This document shows positions 26,665 through 36,627 of a DNA stretch of 64,000 nt, piece by piece (position 1 is the stretch's first letter; the number at the start of each line of letters is the position of its first letter). The notes beneath the pieces were generated by a model. It was not told the DNA's origin. It did no database searches and was given only the letters and a program-made list of their open reading frames with translations. The stretch lies in the IMG/VR virus record IMGVR_UViG_3300037585_002406; one strand, written 5' to 3'. A program made the position numbers and the translations under genes. Origin of the DNA: an uncultured virus (IMG/VR IMGVR_UViG_3300037585_002406). Its lineage: Duplodnaviria; Heunggongvirae; Uroviricota; Caudoviricetes; Crassvirales.

Positions 26665-29073
26665 ATGTACGGACACGACAAAGTAAATAAAAAAAATGGG
26701 TTCCCTGATCCCTTAGCAGACCAAAAAACAAAAGAGTCCAATGCATATGGACTAAGCTACGCAAAAGCCATCCATTCCCAGTGGGGAAAGATGAATGAAG
26801 CGTCTTCTTTGTTTGCAAAAAGAAATAAGATCTTTGAAAGAAACAGGGACTACGCAAATGGAACGCAGGATACGAGCATCTATAAACAACTGCTTAATTC
26901 CCTCTCCCCAAATAAAGGTGATGGAAGTTTGCTTAATCTAGATTACACACCAGTACCTATTCTTCCAAAATTTGTAAAGGTTGTAGTAAATAAAACACTA
27001 TCTAGAGACCCATACCCTAATTTAGAGTCTATAGACCCTCTTTCTTCTTCTGAAAAGAACAGAAAAAAGGATAGGATGAAGATGCAGGTTGAGGCCAAGG
27101 AGCTGCTTATGTCTTTAAAAGAAAAGACAGGTGTTGTTTTAGATATGGATCCAGAATCTATCCCAGACACATTAGAGGAGGCTGAAATCTTTATGGATAC
27201 AAACATAAAGACAGATGCGGAGATAGCCGCACAGATCGGCACTAATATGACTTTAGGGTGGAGTAACTTCTCAGACACAACATATAGAAGGTCTGTCAAT
27301 GACATTGTAGCCCTAGGCATGGGTGTTGTAAAAAGAAGAAACGACCCAAATAAGGGTATTTCTCTTGAGTATGTAGACCCTATATCTTTCGTGCATAGCC
27401 ACACTGAAGACCCAAATTTTGAGGATTTAGTATATGCTGGTAGCGTAAAGAGAGTTCCTATACAAGAACTTAAGAGGATGGCTGGGGGTAGCTTTACAGA
27501 GGAGGAATATAAAAAGATAGCGGAGAAGGTAAAAAACAAACAAGGTAATGATACAGGCAAATTAAGCCAAACACACTATGATGACCGTCTACAACGTACA
27601 ATGTATGGGTACGACGAATATATGGTTGATGTACTTGATTTTGAGTTTATATCCGTCGATTGCATGCACTTTGAAGAAAAAGACAGTAGGCACGGAAATA
27701 AAGGGTTTTACTATAAAGGATTCGAATATAAAGAAAAAGCTGGTAGCGTATTTGAAAGGAAGCCTCATAAGATGGAAATGGCCGTTGTTTATGGGGGTAG
27801 CTACATTTTAGGTGCCGACAAGCTATTCAACTACGGTAGACAAAAGAATGTACCTAAGAATATTCACGATATATCTAAGGCTAGGCTGTCTTACTCTGTG
27901 AGTGCAATCAACATGCGACGCATGATGCCTAAGTCAATGGTAGAGAGCTGTACTGGTTTTGCAGACATGCTACAGCTTACTCACTTAAAGATTCAGCAAG
28001 CTATTGCAAAAGCAAAGCCAGATGGCTTGATTATAGATATTGAGGGGTTAGAAAACGTACAGCTCGGTAAGGGCGGCGAATTACAACCGCTTGAATTGCA
28101 CGATATCTACGAACAAACAGGTGTGTTCTACTACAGGAGTAAGAATGCAGAAGGAGGTTTTCAAAACCCACCTATACGTGAAATAGGTAATACAATAAGA
28201 AACATTAACGAGCTTATATCTCTGTATAATCACTATATGCAGCTTATCAGAGACACAACGGGAATCAATGACGCTATGGATGCTTCGTCACCTAAAGGAG
28301 AGGCACTTGTAGGTGTTCAAAAGCAGGCGATAGCTGCGGGAAATAACGCTATATATGATATAACAAATGCATCTATGATGCTATTTAAGAAGGTTTGTCA
28401 GGATGTGGTTAAGTGCCTTCAGATATTGCCGTCTGATTCTGTGTTGTATAAAATATATACTAACGCAATAGGCGAAGAAAATATGAATGTTTTATCTTCA
28501 TTCAAGGATCTATCTATGTATAACTTCGGTGTACATGTCGTTAAGGAGATGGAGGATAAAGACAAGGATTATCTTGAGCAGAATATTCAGATGGCGATAC
28601 AGCAACAGCAGATAGATTTAGAAGACGCTATGGCTGTTAGGTCTTTAAAGGACGTTAATCAGGCTGAAAGGCTTCTGCTTTTACGCAGAAAGAAAAAGAT
28701 GACGCAGGAGCAAGAGGCTGCTCAGCAGAATTCACAGCAACAAGCTGAACAAGCAGCTCAGGCGGCCCAACAAGCTTCACAGGCTCGTGTCCAGGAAATA
28801 CAACAGCAGGCTAAGATGGATCAAGACGAGATAAAGCTTAAAGCACAACTTGAAATGCAGTTAGCTAAAATGAAACATGAGTTTAATAAAGAGATAGAGA
28901 CTATACGTGCTGAGGCTACGTTAGGATTCAAAGAGGACGACCAAAACTTCAAGGAGAAGTTGGATGTACTTAAAGAAGACAGAAAAGACGAGCGCCAGGA
29001 AGCAAATGCTGAGTCTCAGATGAAAATTACAGAAGCTGCGCGTCAAGATTCACCAACAGAAGAAACAGTATAA
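26665..29073 (+). CDS. Portal protein
   Basis: LDYTPVPILPKFV..YEQTG..IRDTTGIN.A.D; Q-rich tail; follows terL. Start placed at ATG 26665. Confidence 0.88.
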   Translation: MYGHDKVNKKNGFPDPLADQKTKESNAYGLSYAKAIHSQWGKMNEASSLFAKRNKIFERNRDYANGTQDTSIYKQLLNSLSPNKGDGSLLNLDYTPVPILPKFVKVVVNKTLSRDPYPNLESIDPLSSSEKNRKKDRMKMQVEAKELLMSLKEKTGVVLDMDPESIPDTLEEAEIFMDTNIKTDAEIAAQIGTNMTLGWSNFSDTTYRRSVNDIVALGMGVVKRRNDPNKGISLEYVDPISFVHSHTEDPNFEDLVYAGSVKRVPIQELKRMAGGSFTEEEYKKIAEKVKNKQGNDTGKLSQTHYDDRLQRTMYGYDEYMVDVLDFEFISVDCMHFEEKDSRHGNKGFYYKGFEYKEKAGSVFERKPHKMEMAVVYGGSYILGADKLFNYGRQKNVPKNIHDISKARLSYSVSAINMRRMMPKSMVESCTGFADMLQLTHLKIQQAIAKAKPDGLIIDIEGLENVQLGKGGELQPLELHDIYEQTGVFYYRSKNAEGGFQNPPIREIGNTIRNINELISLYNHYMQLIRDTTGINDAMDASSPKGEALVGVQKQAIAAGNNAIYDITNASMMLFKKVCQDVVKCLQILPSDSVLYKIYTNAIGEENMNVLSSFKDLSMYNFGVHVVKEMEDKDKDYLEQNIQMAIQQQQIDLEDAMAVRSLKDVNQAERLLLLRRKKKMTQEQEAAQQNSQQQAEQAAQAAQQASQARVQEIQQQAKMDQDEIKLKAQLEMQLAKMKHEFNKEIETIRAEATLGFKEDDQNFKEKLDVLKEDRKDERQEANAESQMKITEAARQDSPTEETV

Positions 29074-29074
29074 C

Positions 29075-29536
29075 ATGGCAAAGATAAATTTCGACATATC
29101 AAAAAGACTTGACATCACTGTTAAACGTGGTGATTCTTTTAAACTAGAGCTTACACTAAAAGATTCTAGTGATAATGCTTTAAATCTTTATGGAGATACA
29201 TTTCATTTTGCTGTTTCTACGCCAAACGGTATTATGATGGGAACTGACACAGTTTTACCTCCTCCTGTTATTACTGCAAATCAACAAATAACAGATGATG
29301 AAAATACTACTACTTCTGATACAAGCGACTCAAGCTATGTAGAAGAAACGGCAGCTACAGGTAAAGTAAAATTTGAAGCTACAGCTACTGAATTAAAATA
29401 TAATTTGGAGGCAGGCACATATAGATATGATATACAATACGTAGATGCCACTGATTTAGTCGATGAAGAGGGTAATGCACGTACAATACTTTTTGGAAAC
29501 TTTATAGTTAAAGACGACTTTAGTATTCTAGCTTAA
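29075..29536 (+). CDS. BppU-like/Ig-fold structural protein
   Basis: LDITVKRGDSF..GTYRYDIQ..LFGNF.V. Confidence 0.55.
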   Translation: MAKINFDISKRLDITVKRGDSFKLELTLKDSSDNALNLYGDTFHFAVSTPNGIMMGTDTVLPPPVITANQQITDDENTTTSDTSDSSYVEETAATGKVKFEATATELKYNLEAGTYRYDIQYVDATDLVDEEGNARTILFGNFIVKDDFSILA

Positions 29537-29694
29537 TGAGCATTACGATAAATACATCTACAGGTAGTATCAGCGCAACAGATCCTGTTGTGATAACTGC
29601 AAAAGCCACTGAGTCGTCTGTCATAACAGCTACGGCTACACAGCCCACAAAACTTAATATAGAAGTTACACTTAATTCAAGATCATTAAGATGA
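29536..29694 (+). CDS. Small Thr-rich protein (52 aa)
   Basis: Translated manually; coupled on both sides. Confidence 0.45.
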   Translation: MSITINTSTGSISATDPVVITAKATESSVITATATQPTKLNIEVTLNSRSLR

Positions 29695-31895
29695 GACACA
29701 TACTATTAGCTTTATTCTTTATACCGTCTGTAATACTGGCTCAAGGTAGCTGGCTCGACGTAACTGTTCAAACAGATCAGTATGCTGGGGAGAGCTCTTG
29801 GCAAATACTTGAAGACAACAATGTTGTAGCAGTTAATCCTCCACTACAAAACAACACCCTGCAGAGCCATACGGTATTTTTGCCAGCTGGTGATTATGAG
29901 TTCGTAATGATGGATGCTTTTGGTGATGGTATATGCTGTTCTTTTGGTGAGGGGTGGTATCGAATAAACAATACATGTGGATTAGATACAGCGGTATATG
30001 ATTTTGACGCAGCTTTAGATACTATACCATTTACGCTCAATCCGTGTATACCGCCTCTTCCTGGATGTACAGATCCTGTTGCAAATAACTACAACCCGTG
30101 GGCTAATATTGACAATGGTAGCTGTAATGTATTTGAGTGTGATTCTACCGAGACTCTCGTTTCTATGGATCTTACATTGGATACATGGCCTGGCGAGACT
30201 GGTTTTACTTTAGTTAATATAGCAAACGGTCAGCCATATGCACAGGTCATACCTGGCGAGTTTGACTTTGGCGATCAGTTAGTTACATACAGTTATGACT
30301 TTTGTGTTAGCTTAGGTTTTGAGCTGGTTTTAGTTGATGAGTTTGGTGATGGATTAAATGGCTATGCATCAGGAGGTGAAGATGGGGCTTGTGTTATTAC
30401 GGCATGCGATAGTGTATTATGGGAGCTAGAGGATCTTGCATTTACGACATTTGATGACGGGAATACAATGTATTCTGGAGCTATATTTCCTGACCCTTGC
30501 CCCCCAGCACCGCCTATTTACGGATGTATGGATAATGATTATATAGATTATAATCCAGAAGCCGAGTTGCCAGACACCTGTGAGACGCTGCATACTTGGG
30601 GCTGTATGGATTCTGAAGCGCTCAATTATGATAGTGATGCAACCGCATCGGATTTAGTCGGTCCTTGTACGCTGCAGATTGTATTAGAGGATGATGCTGC
30701 AGACGGATGGGGTAATTCCAAGATAGGTATGGTACAGGGTGATCAGCAGTGGTTATTTACTGTAGGACCTGGGGAATTTTCTCAGTCGTGGGATGTTGTA
30801 TTAGACTCTGATGAGGAGGTTGATATATACTACTTCCAGGCTGGTAATCAACAGCAATCCCCTCAAGAGCTTGCCTTCCAAACACTACATAACTCTGTAT
30901 ACGTTCTTAACGAAGCTGGAGACACCCTATTATCTGAGGGTAGCAACCCATTTATAAATAACGGCCAGGGAGCACTTCAGCCTTTCACGGGGCCTAACTG
31001 GACGGTATATCACTTTACTCCTTTTTGTGGTGACAGCTGTATACCTTATATATACGGATGTACAGATGAGGCGGCATGTAATTTTGCTCCAGAAGCAAAT
31101 ACAAACTCTGAGTGCAATTACCCAGTTCAATATTACGATTGCGAAAACTCTTGCATTAATGATTATGATGGAGACGGTGTTTGTGATGAGCTTGAAGTAG
31201 AGGGTTGTCAGGACCCAACAGCGTTCAATTACAATGCAGCGGCTACAGATCCTGCGGATTGCATCCCAGTAATATTTGGTTGTACCGACCCTACACAGTT
31301 CAACTACGATCCTCAAGCAAATACAGAGAATGGTGGTTGTATTCCTTTTGTGTACGGATGTATGAATCCAGATGCCTTCAACTACAATCCAGACGCAAAT
31401 ACAGAGCTTGAAGACTCTTGTGTTGAAGTAGTAGTTGACTGTATGGACCCTAGTGCATTCAATTACAATGAGTTAGCTAACACATCTAATGAAGATGCAT
31501 GTTTATACGATGCTGGATGTGTAGGTGAGCCTGGTGTACCATATTGGTACAACGACTCGTGCTATGCCTGGATCATAGATATTGACCCATATTGCTGTGA
31601 GGTAGCATGGGATGGTGCTTGTATTGAACTATATAACTATTGTGAAGCTGGTTGGCCTACTGGTGTATACGATATACATGATTTATACAATGTATACCCT
31701 AATCCAGCAACGGACGTTTTAAACATACAGACATCTCTAGATGTAACTACAGAAATATATAATGCGCTCGGACAGCTTGTTGTGGCGGGCACTAGAGAAA
31801 AAAGAATTGATCTTACGCACCTCCCTAAGGGATTTTATGAGGTTGTGATTAGACATAACGAAAGAACTATTAACAAAAAAATAATAAAATTATGA
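29691..31895 (+). CDS. Secreted Cys/Asp-rich repeat protein with T9SS type-A C-terminal sorting domain
   Basis: Sec signal peptide; 8 GCxDxxAxNY-type repeats; C-terminal YPNPA..IYNALGQ.V..IDL..LPKG.Y..KIIK. Confidence 0.88.
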   Translation: MRHILLALFFIPSVILAQGSWLDVTVQTDQYAGESSWQILEDNNVVAVNPPLQNNTLQSHTVFLPAGDYEFVMMDAFGDGICCSFGEGWYRINNTCGLDTAVYDFDAALDTIPFTLNPCIPPLPGCTDPVANNYNPWANIDNGSCNVFECDSTETLVSMDLTLDTWPGETGFTLVNIANGQPYAQVIPGEFDFGDQLVTYSYDFCVSLGFELVLVDEFGDGLNGYASGGEDGACVITACDSVLWELEDLAFTTFDDGNTMYSGAIFPDPCPPAPPIYGCMDNDYIDYNPEAELPDTCETLHTWGCMDSEALNYDSDATASDLVGPCTLQIVLEDDAADGWGNSKIGMVQGDQQWLFTVGPGEFSQSWDVVLDSDEEVDIYYFQAGNQQQSPQELAFQTLHNSVYVLNEAGDTLLSEGSNPFINNGQGALQPFTGPNWTVYHFTPFCGDSCIPYIYGCTDEAACNFAPEANTNSECNYPVQYYDCENSCINDYDGDGVCDELEVEGCQDPTAFNYNAAATDPADCIPVIFGCTDPTQFNYDPQANTENGGCIPFVYGCMNPDAFNYNPDANTELEDSCVEVVVDCMDPSAFNYNELANTSNEDACLYDAGCVGEPGVPYWYNDSCYAWIIDIDPYCCEVAWDGACIELYNYCEAGWPTGVYDIHDLYNVYPNPATDVLNIQTSLDVTTEIYNALGQLVVAGTREKRIDLTHLPKGFYEVVIRHNERTINKKIIKL

Positions 31896-32068
31896 AAATT
31901 GATTGGATAAACAGCTGGAACGCTGGCAACAAAAAAGAGAAGTACGAGATCTCATTTAGACTTGGGACTATAACTGTATTTCAGATGAGAGTGTGCTTAT
32001 TCTGTAAGACAGAAAAAGAATGTAAGCGCTTTAGACTTATGGTGTTAAACTTCGGATTCGAGGTGTAA
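31892..32068 (+). CDS. Small protein (58 aa, WINSW..FR.MVLNFGFEV)
   Basis: Translated manually; coupled on both sides. Confidence 0.55.
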   Translation: MKIDWINSWNAGNKKEKYEISFRLGTITVFQMRVCLFCKTEKECKRFRLMVLNFGFEV

Positions 32069-33138
32069 TGGTAGAGAGAAAGGATTTATCTTCAGTTATA
32101 TATGCTCTAATAATGCTAGGGGTGTTTCTCCTCGCGTCATTTAGTGCCAGTGGACAGACTCTAAAGAAAACATTAAAGTTTGCTACATTTTATACTGCTT
32201 TTAGTGGTGGTAATTCTGTAGCTGATGATAATATCTATTCTGTAACAAATGGGTTGCAGACAGATGTATTGGAAACTCCTTTCGATTATTCATTTACAGC
32301 TGGTGTACGTAAAATTGCTAGATTCGGATACGAGAATAGAGCTAACGTGTTTTATGACGGTACAGAAAAGTCGTATAGCGATGCAGCTACTATCGGTAAG
32401 GTAAAAGGATTTGAGTTCTTGTTTGAAGCTGATTGGCGCAGACAGCAGGGTAGAAACTTTTTAGATCAAGATTACTTCCTGCGTTATGTGGCAAAAAATT
32501 GGATAGCTAAGGCTGAGTATTTACAAGACGGATTTGCTGACGTACAATACTTTGAGGGATCTCAGAGGTTAAGGTTGAATGTAAATGACCGCCTCAGTTT
32601 CAATGTTGGGGTTGCTCAGCGTATCTCTGAACCTTATGGGTATAATCCTTTAGAGGAGTGGGTGCTGTCAAATAACAACATACACTATACAAGCCTTGCT
32701 ATACAAGAGGGATATACTGTAGATGTGCAGGCTGGTGAATATTTTTCTCCAGATGGGGAGCTTGTGGCCAACAGCGTTGATGTGTGGGAACAGGTTGTTA
32801 TACCTCAAGTTATTAACGATTATGTAGCAAAGAAAAGAAATGAATTGCCTAATGTATGGAACTATTCTGTAGTTGTTGGGTACGATTACTATAAGTATTC
32901 TAAAGAATTTTGGATGCATAATTGGGTGAGTGTAATGCCTTATCATCTTAAGACTGACGACGAGTATTCTTACTTCGAAACCACCGAAGGGGGGCAGTGG
33001 TTAGATTACGGTGCAGGCCTTATCTTTGGGTGGAGATTAAACAAGAGTCTTGGTGTGTTTTTAGAGGGTAAATACAATAAGTATTGGAATCGAGAATGGC
33101 ACGACTTCTCTGTCGGGTTAAATTACGTAATATTATAA
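32068..33138 (+). CDS. Putative outer-membrane beta-barrel protein
   Basis: Signal peptide; aromatic alternating strands; C-terminal FSVGLNYVIL. Confidence 0.65.
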   Translation: MVERKDLSSVIYALIMLGVFLLASFSASGQTLKKTLKFATFYTAFSGGNSVADDNIYSVTNGLQTDVLETPFDYSFTAGVRKIARFGYENRANVFYDGTEKSYSDAATIGKVKGFEFLFEADWRRQQGRNFLDQDYFLRYVAKNWIAKAEYLQDGFADVQYFEGSQRLRLNVNDRLSFNVGVAQRISEPYGYNPLEEWVLSNNNIHYTSLAIQEGYTVDVQAGEYFSPDGELVANSVDVWEQVVIPQVINDYVAKKRNELPNVWNYSVVVGYDYYKYSKEFWMHNWVSVMPYHLKTDDEYSYFETTEGGQWLDYGAGLIFGWRLNKSLGVFLEGKYNKYWNREWHDFSVGLNYVIL

Positions 33139-33140
33139 AA

Positions 33141-33425
33141 ATGGCTAAACAAATTGGAGAGGATACTAAAGTAACATTTGACCTAAAGACAATAGGGTTG
33201 GGGGTGGCTGGACTTGCAGCGTTAATTGGGATGTGGTTTACACTACAGGCAGATATAGCGCTAGCTAAAGAATTACCAGAGCCTTCTGATCCAGAGATTA
33301 CACGTATGGAGTTTGACATGAAGGATCAACTAGTAAGGCAGACTATTATGACTACTCAAGAAGATGTGTCAGAGCTTAAAACCGATTTAGATCGTATTGA
33401 AGAAAAAATAGATAAACTGAAATAA
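33141..33425 (+). CDS. Single-TM coiled-coil protein
   Basis: TM segment IGLGVAGLAALIGMWFTL followed by a coiled coil. Confidence 0.65.
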   Translation: MAKQIGEDTKVTFDLKTIGLGVAGLAALIGMWFTLQADIALAKELPEPSDPEITRMEFDMKDQLVRQTIMTTQEDVSELKTDLDRIEEKIDKLK

Positions 33426-33763
33426 TGAAATCATTACTCTATATATCCTTACTTGCAATGACATCTCTTGGTATGACTATACCAGATTCAGGAGTTTGCG
33501 TAGTTGAATTTAATGCTAGTTTTAATGCGGGGAATAGCGTAGACTGGCTAGACGAACTAAGTGATTGCAAAGGTAAAAGAGTTGACATAGCTGTTAATCC
33601 TGAACTACAAAAGGAACACAAGATTGTAGTAGTGCCTACTATAATTGTATTTAACGACGGAGATGAGGTAGAGAGATTTCAAGCCAACATTATGATGCAG
33701 CTTGAGGCAACTCAAGATGAGGTCCAGGAGGCGGTTGATGGGATCATTATGAGTGCGTTCTAG
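33425..33763 (+). CDS. Exported thioredoxin-fold protein lacking CxxC
   Basis: Signal-like N-terminus; VVEFNASFN..I.VVPTIIVFNDG.EVERF. Confidence 0.7.
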   Translation: MKSLLYISLLAMTSLGMTIPDSGVCVVEFNASFNAGNSVDWLDELSDCKGKRVDIAVNPELQKEHKIVVVPTIIVFNDGDEVERFQANIMMQLEATQDEVQEAVDGIIMSAF

Positions 33764-33948
33764 TGAACACCGTTAAGAAGAATAAAGGGGGAAAGCTAAA
33801 TGTATCCAGCAAGAAAATGGAGGTAGATCCACCTAAGGGATTCCACTGGATGGAGGATCGTGGAAGATACTTTTTAATGAAGGGTGAATATACTCCACAC
33901 GATGGGGCTGTGAAGAAGGCTAGCTTTAAATTGGTAACTCATAAATAA
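33763..33948 (+). CDS. Small conserved protein (PPKGFHWM)
   Basis: ORF track. Confidence 0.55.
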   Translation: MNTVKKNKGGKLNVSSKKMEVDPPKGFHWMEDRGRYFLMKGEYTPHDGAVKKASFKLVTHK

Positions 33949-33975
33949 CTATATTTGCATAAATAACTATTAACT

Positions 33976-34713
33976 ATGGCAACAACAACCGCAACATTAT
34001 CATTATCAAGTTCTGACTTAACTAATCAGAGCTTGGCGTTGTCTACAACAGCAACGCTAACAAAAGCTGGCACGCTCACTGGTTTAGACCAGACAACAGG
34101 CGTAGCTAGAAAAACTCTTTCTTACGCTAGTTCTGGCGTTATTGATACGACAGTTCTTTTTAGAGCTGACGATTTCACAACAGACGGAGCTAACAAAGTA
34201 TATCTTAAAAACACCTCAACAACCGCTTCTGAATACATGACTATATATCTTACTGGTGATAGAGCTCCAAATACAAGTGCAGAAGGACTTGTAGAGATTG
34301 GAAGACTTTACGCAGGAGACTGGATGTTCTTCCCTTGGAATGCAACGTCTGGAGTTAAAGAAACATTTACATGTGTAGTTGGTAATACATGGGCTGCAGG
34401 CGACACCCTCGTATTTGATGGGGTTGAAATCGTAGCAGCTAACAGTACTGTAGCCGACATTGCAGCTCAGATCGATGCAGCACAATTCCCTAACTGGGTG
34501 ACTTCTGTATCTTCAGCGACTGTGACGTTTGTAGCTAGATACTCTAATGCTGGTATTGAGATTGATACTAGTGAGATTGTAGCAACTACAGCTGGTAACG
34601 GTGATGTAACTATTGCTACTACTGTAGAGGGTACAAAATCTGGATCTGACATTTACGTCAAGCCAAGCGTTCACACATCAATGGTTTTAGAATACTTAGC
34701 GATTAGCGAATAA
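33976..34713 (+). CDS. Putative structural protein
   Basis: Thr/Ala-rich; paralogous to 34713. Confidence 0.6.
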   Translation: MATTTATLSLSSSDLTNQSLALSTTATLTKAGTLTGLDQTTGVARKTLSYASSGVIDTTVLFRADDFTTDGANKVYLKNTSTTASEYMTIYLTGDRAPNTSAEGLVEIGRLYAGDWMFFPWNATSGVKETFTCVVGNTWAAGDTLVFDGVEIVAANSTVADIAAQIDAAQFPNWVTSVSSATVTFVARYSNAGIEIDTSEIVATTAGNGDVTIATTVEGTKSGSDIYVKPSVHTSMVLEYLAISE

Positions 34714-35120
34714 TGGGAGTACTCAGAGGCGCACTAACACTATCTAGCACGGATGTATTAAGCATCCCTGTTAACTTATCTGTAGACGCAGCATTTATTG
34801 CGGATGCGGGTTATATAATGCGTGCTAAGGTGGCACACACTGGAGGTGCAGGCTCTGCAGCCCTTGTCGTTCATAAAGCTGATGACAAGCTAGAAAGCTC
34901 TTATCTATATGTAAAAAACATGCAACCTGAAAAAGAGCAGTATATTTATTTATATCAAGATACAGATAATAATGACGTATTTGCTAAGCTCGCTGGTGGC
35001 GAGTTTTGTTTTATGCCTGTTGCGGTGAATAAAACAATAAAAGCATACGCCACAAAAGTGGATTCAATGATTGAGTTTGCTGTATTTGGATTAGATAGCT
35101 CAGCAACAACATTAGCATAA
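34713..35120 (+). CDS. Putative structural protein (paralog of 33976)
   Basis: Shared L.LSS.D, Y.KN and L..G(D/E)..F.P motifs. Confidence 0.6.
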   Translation: MGVLRGALTLSSTDVLSIPVNLSVDAAFIADAGYIMRAKVAHTGGAGSAALVVHKADDKLESSYLYVKNMQPEKEQYIYLYQDTDNNDVFAKLAGGEFCFMPVAVNKTIKAYATKVDSMIEFAVFGLDSSATTLA

Positions 35121-35132
35121 TAAAATAAAAAC

Positions 35133-35492
35133 ATGGCAACATTAGCAAATCAAGGGATGGCATCACAGATGTCTTTTGGACAACACGGTAGTATGCATGT
35201 TGATGCAACAGACACAGACTGTACGCCTCCATCAGGAATGGTGTTTGTGGCAATTACTAGTCTTGATGATGCAACAGAATTTAACGATCTTATTGCTGAA
35301 GATAATACTAAGTATTACGGTACTACTGGTACAGATAACGGACATAGTGGAGGTATTGGAGACTTGGTAACAGCTTCTCATACTTGGCCTAAAGGTATAA
35401 CTATATACGGAAGGTGGACAACTATAGATATTGATGCTGGACGTATCGTAGCTTATTTTGGCCCATCAAAATCGCCAATACAGACAGCTTAA
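35133..35492 (+). CDS. Putative structural protein (P.G.TIYGRWT family)
   Basis: FVAIT.L and PKGITIYGRWT motifs. Confidence 0.6.
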   Translation: MATLANQGMASQMSFGQHGSMHVDATDTDCTPPSGMVFVAITSLDDATEFNDLIAEDNTKYYGTTGTDNGHSGGIGDLVTASHTWPKGITIYGRWTTIDIDAGRIVAYFGPSKSPIQTA

Positions 35493-35514
35493 TAGAAACT
35501 AACAATTTAATATA

Positions 35515-36609
35515 ATGGAAGAACAATTTGAGAAAGTGGAGATCTTTGATACTCCCCAAGAACTTGCTGCCTCTATGCAGGCAGACACACAACCTACAAC
35601 TACAGAGGAGGCTCCACAACAGGAGTCTCAACCTGTTTCTGAGCCCATGTCAGAGGGACCGCCTCTTGACACTCAGTCAGATGTAGCACAAGAAGAAACT
35701 ACTGTTCAGCAGGAAGAACCCGTTGAGCAGCCACAATATTCAGAAAGCGATATAGAGGGCGCTGTATTCGATTATATGAGCGAAAGGCTCGGAAAGAATA
35801 TTAGCTCTTTAGATGACTTTGTGAACACCCCGCAGGAGCAGAGTCCTGTTGATGAAAGAGTTGCAGCGATAGCAGAGTTTGTCGAAACGACAGGCAGGTC
35901 GCCGCAAGATTGGTTTAAATATCAGTCACTAAATCCGTCCGAAATGAACGACGTGACTGCAGTGAAGGTTGCTATGGCAGCTGAATACCCAAATCTATCT
36001 AGCGATGAAATTAACTTACTCATCAATAATACTTACAGAACTGACGTTGAAACTCATGGAGAGGAGGCGGTTCAGTTTTCGCAACTGCAACTTAAGATAG
36101 ACGCTGATACTGCACGTCAAAATATAATGGAGGTCCGTGAAAGATATGCGGCTCCAGAGGTGCAGCCTCAGCAAGAAGAATCCGTGATTACTGAAGATTG
36201 GATTAATCAGATGTCTAACGAAGTGGATCAGTTGACTGGGTTGGAATTTAACCTAGGTAACGATAAAAGCTTTGTATTCGGACTTGATGATAATTACAAG
36301 AATCAGTTGAAGGATAAAAATGCGAGATTGGATGAATTTTTCGATCCTTTTGTTCGTGAAGATGGAAGTTGGGACTTTGATGAGCTCTCGTCTCATAGGG
36401 CCGTTGTTGACAACATTGACAGTATTGTAAGCGCAGCTTATAAACAAGGAGTCGGTGATGGACAGAAAGGTCTGGTGAATAAAGCAGCTAATGTATCAAC
36501 CGCCTCTCCAGAACAGGGTACGAACTCTACTCAAACTAATAGCCCACTTGCAGAGCAGGTTAAGGATATTATGAGTAACAATTCATCCAAGATGACTTTT
36601 AATTTTTAA
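35515..36609 (+). CDS. Putative scaffolding protein
   Basis: Acidic helical protein directly upstream of the MCP; YKQG near the C-terminus. Confidence 0.65.
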   Translation: MEEQFEKVEIFDTPQELAASMQADTQPTTTEEAPQQESQPVSEPMSEGPPLDTQSDVAQEETTVQQEEPVEQPQYSESDIEGAVFDYMSERLGKNISSLDDFVNTPQEQSPVDERVAAIAEFVETTGRSPQDWFKYQSLNPSEMNDVTAVKVAMAAEYPNLSSDEINLLINNTYRTDVETHGEEAVQFSQLQLKIDADTARQNIMEVRERYAAPEVQPQQEESVITEDWINQMSNEVDQLTGLEFNLGNDKSFVFGLDDNYKNQLKDKNARLDEFFDPFVREDGSWDFDELSSHRAVVDNIDSIVSAAYKQGVGDGQKGLVNKAANVSTASPEQGTNSTQTNSPLAEQVKDIMSNNSSKMTFNF

Positions 36610-36627
36610 CACAAAAACTAAGAAATA

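Noticed and set aside
26943..27560. Long antisense ORFs (also 16128-16604, 17975-18451, 42166-42744, 52267-52776)
   Set aside because: Shadows of well-supported genes on the opposite strand, with no motifs or start signals.
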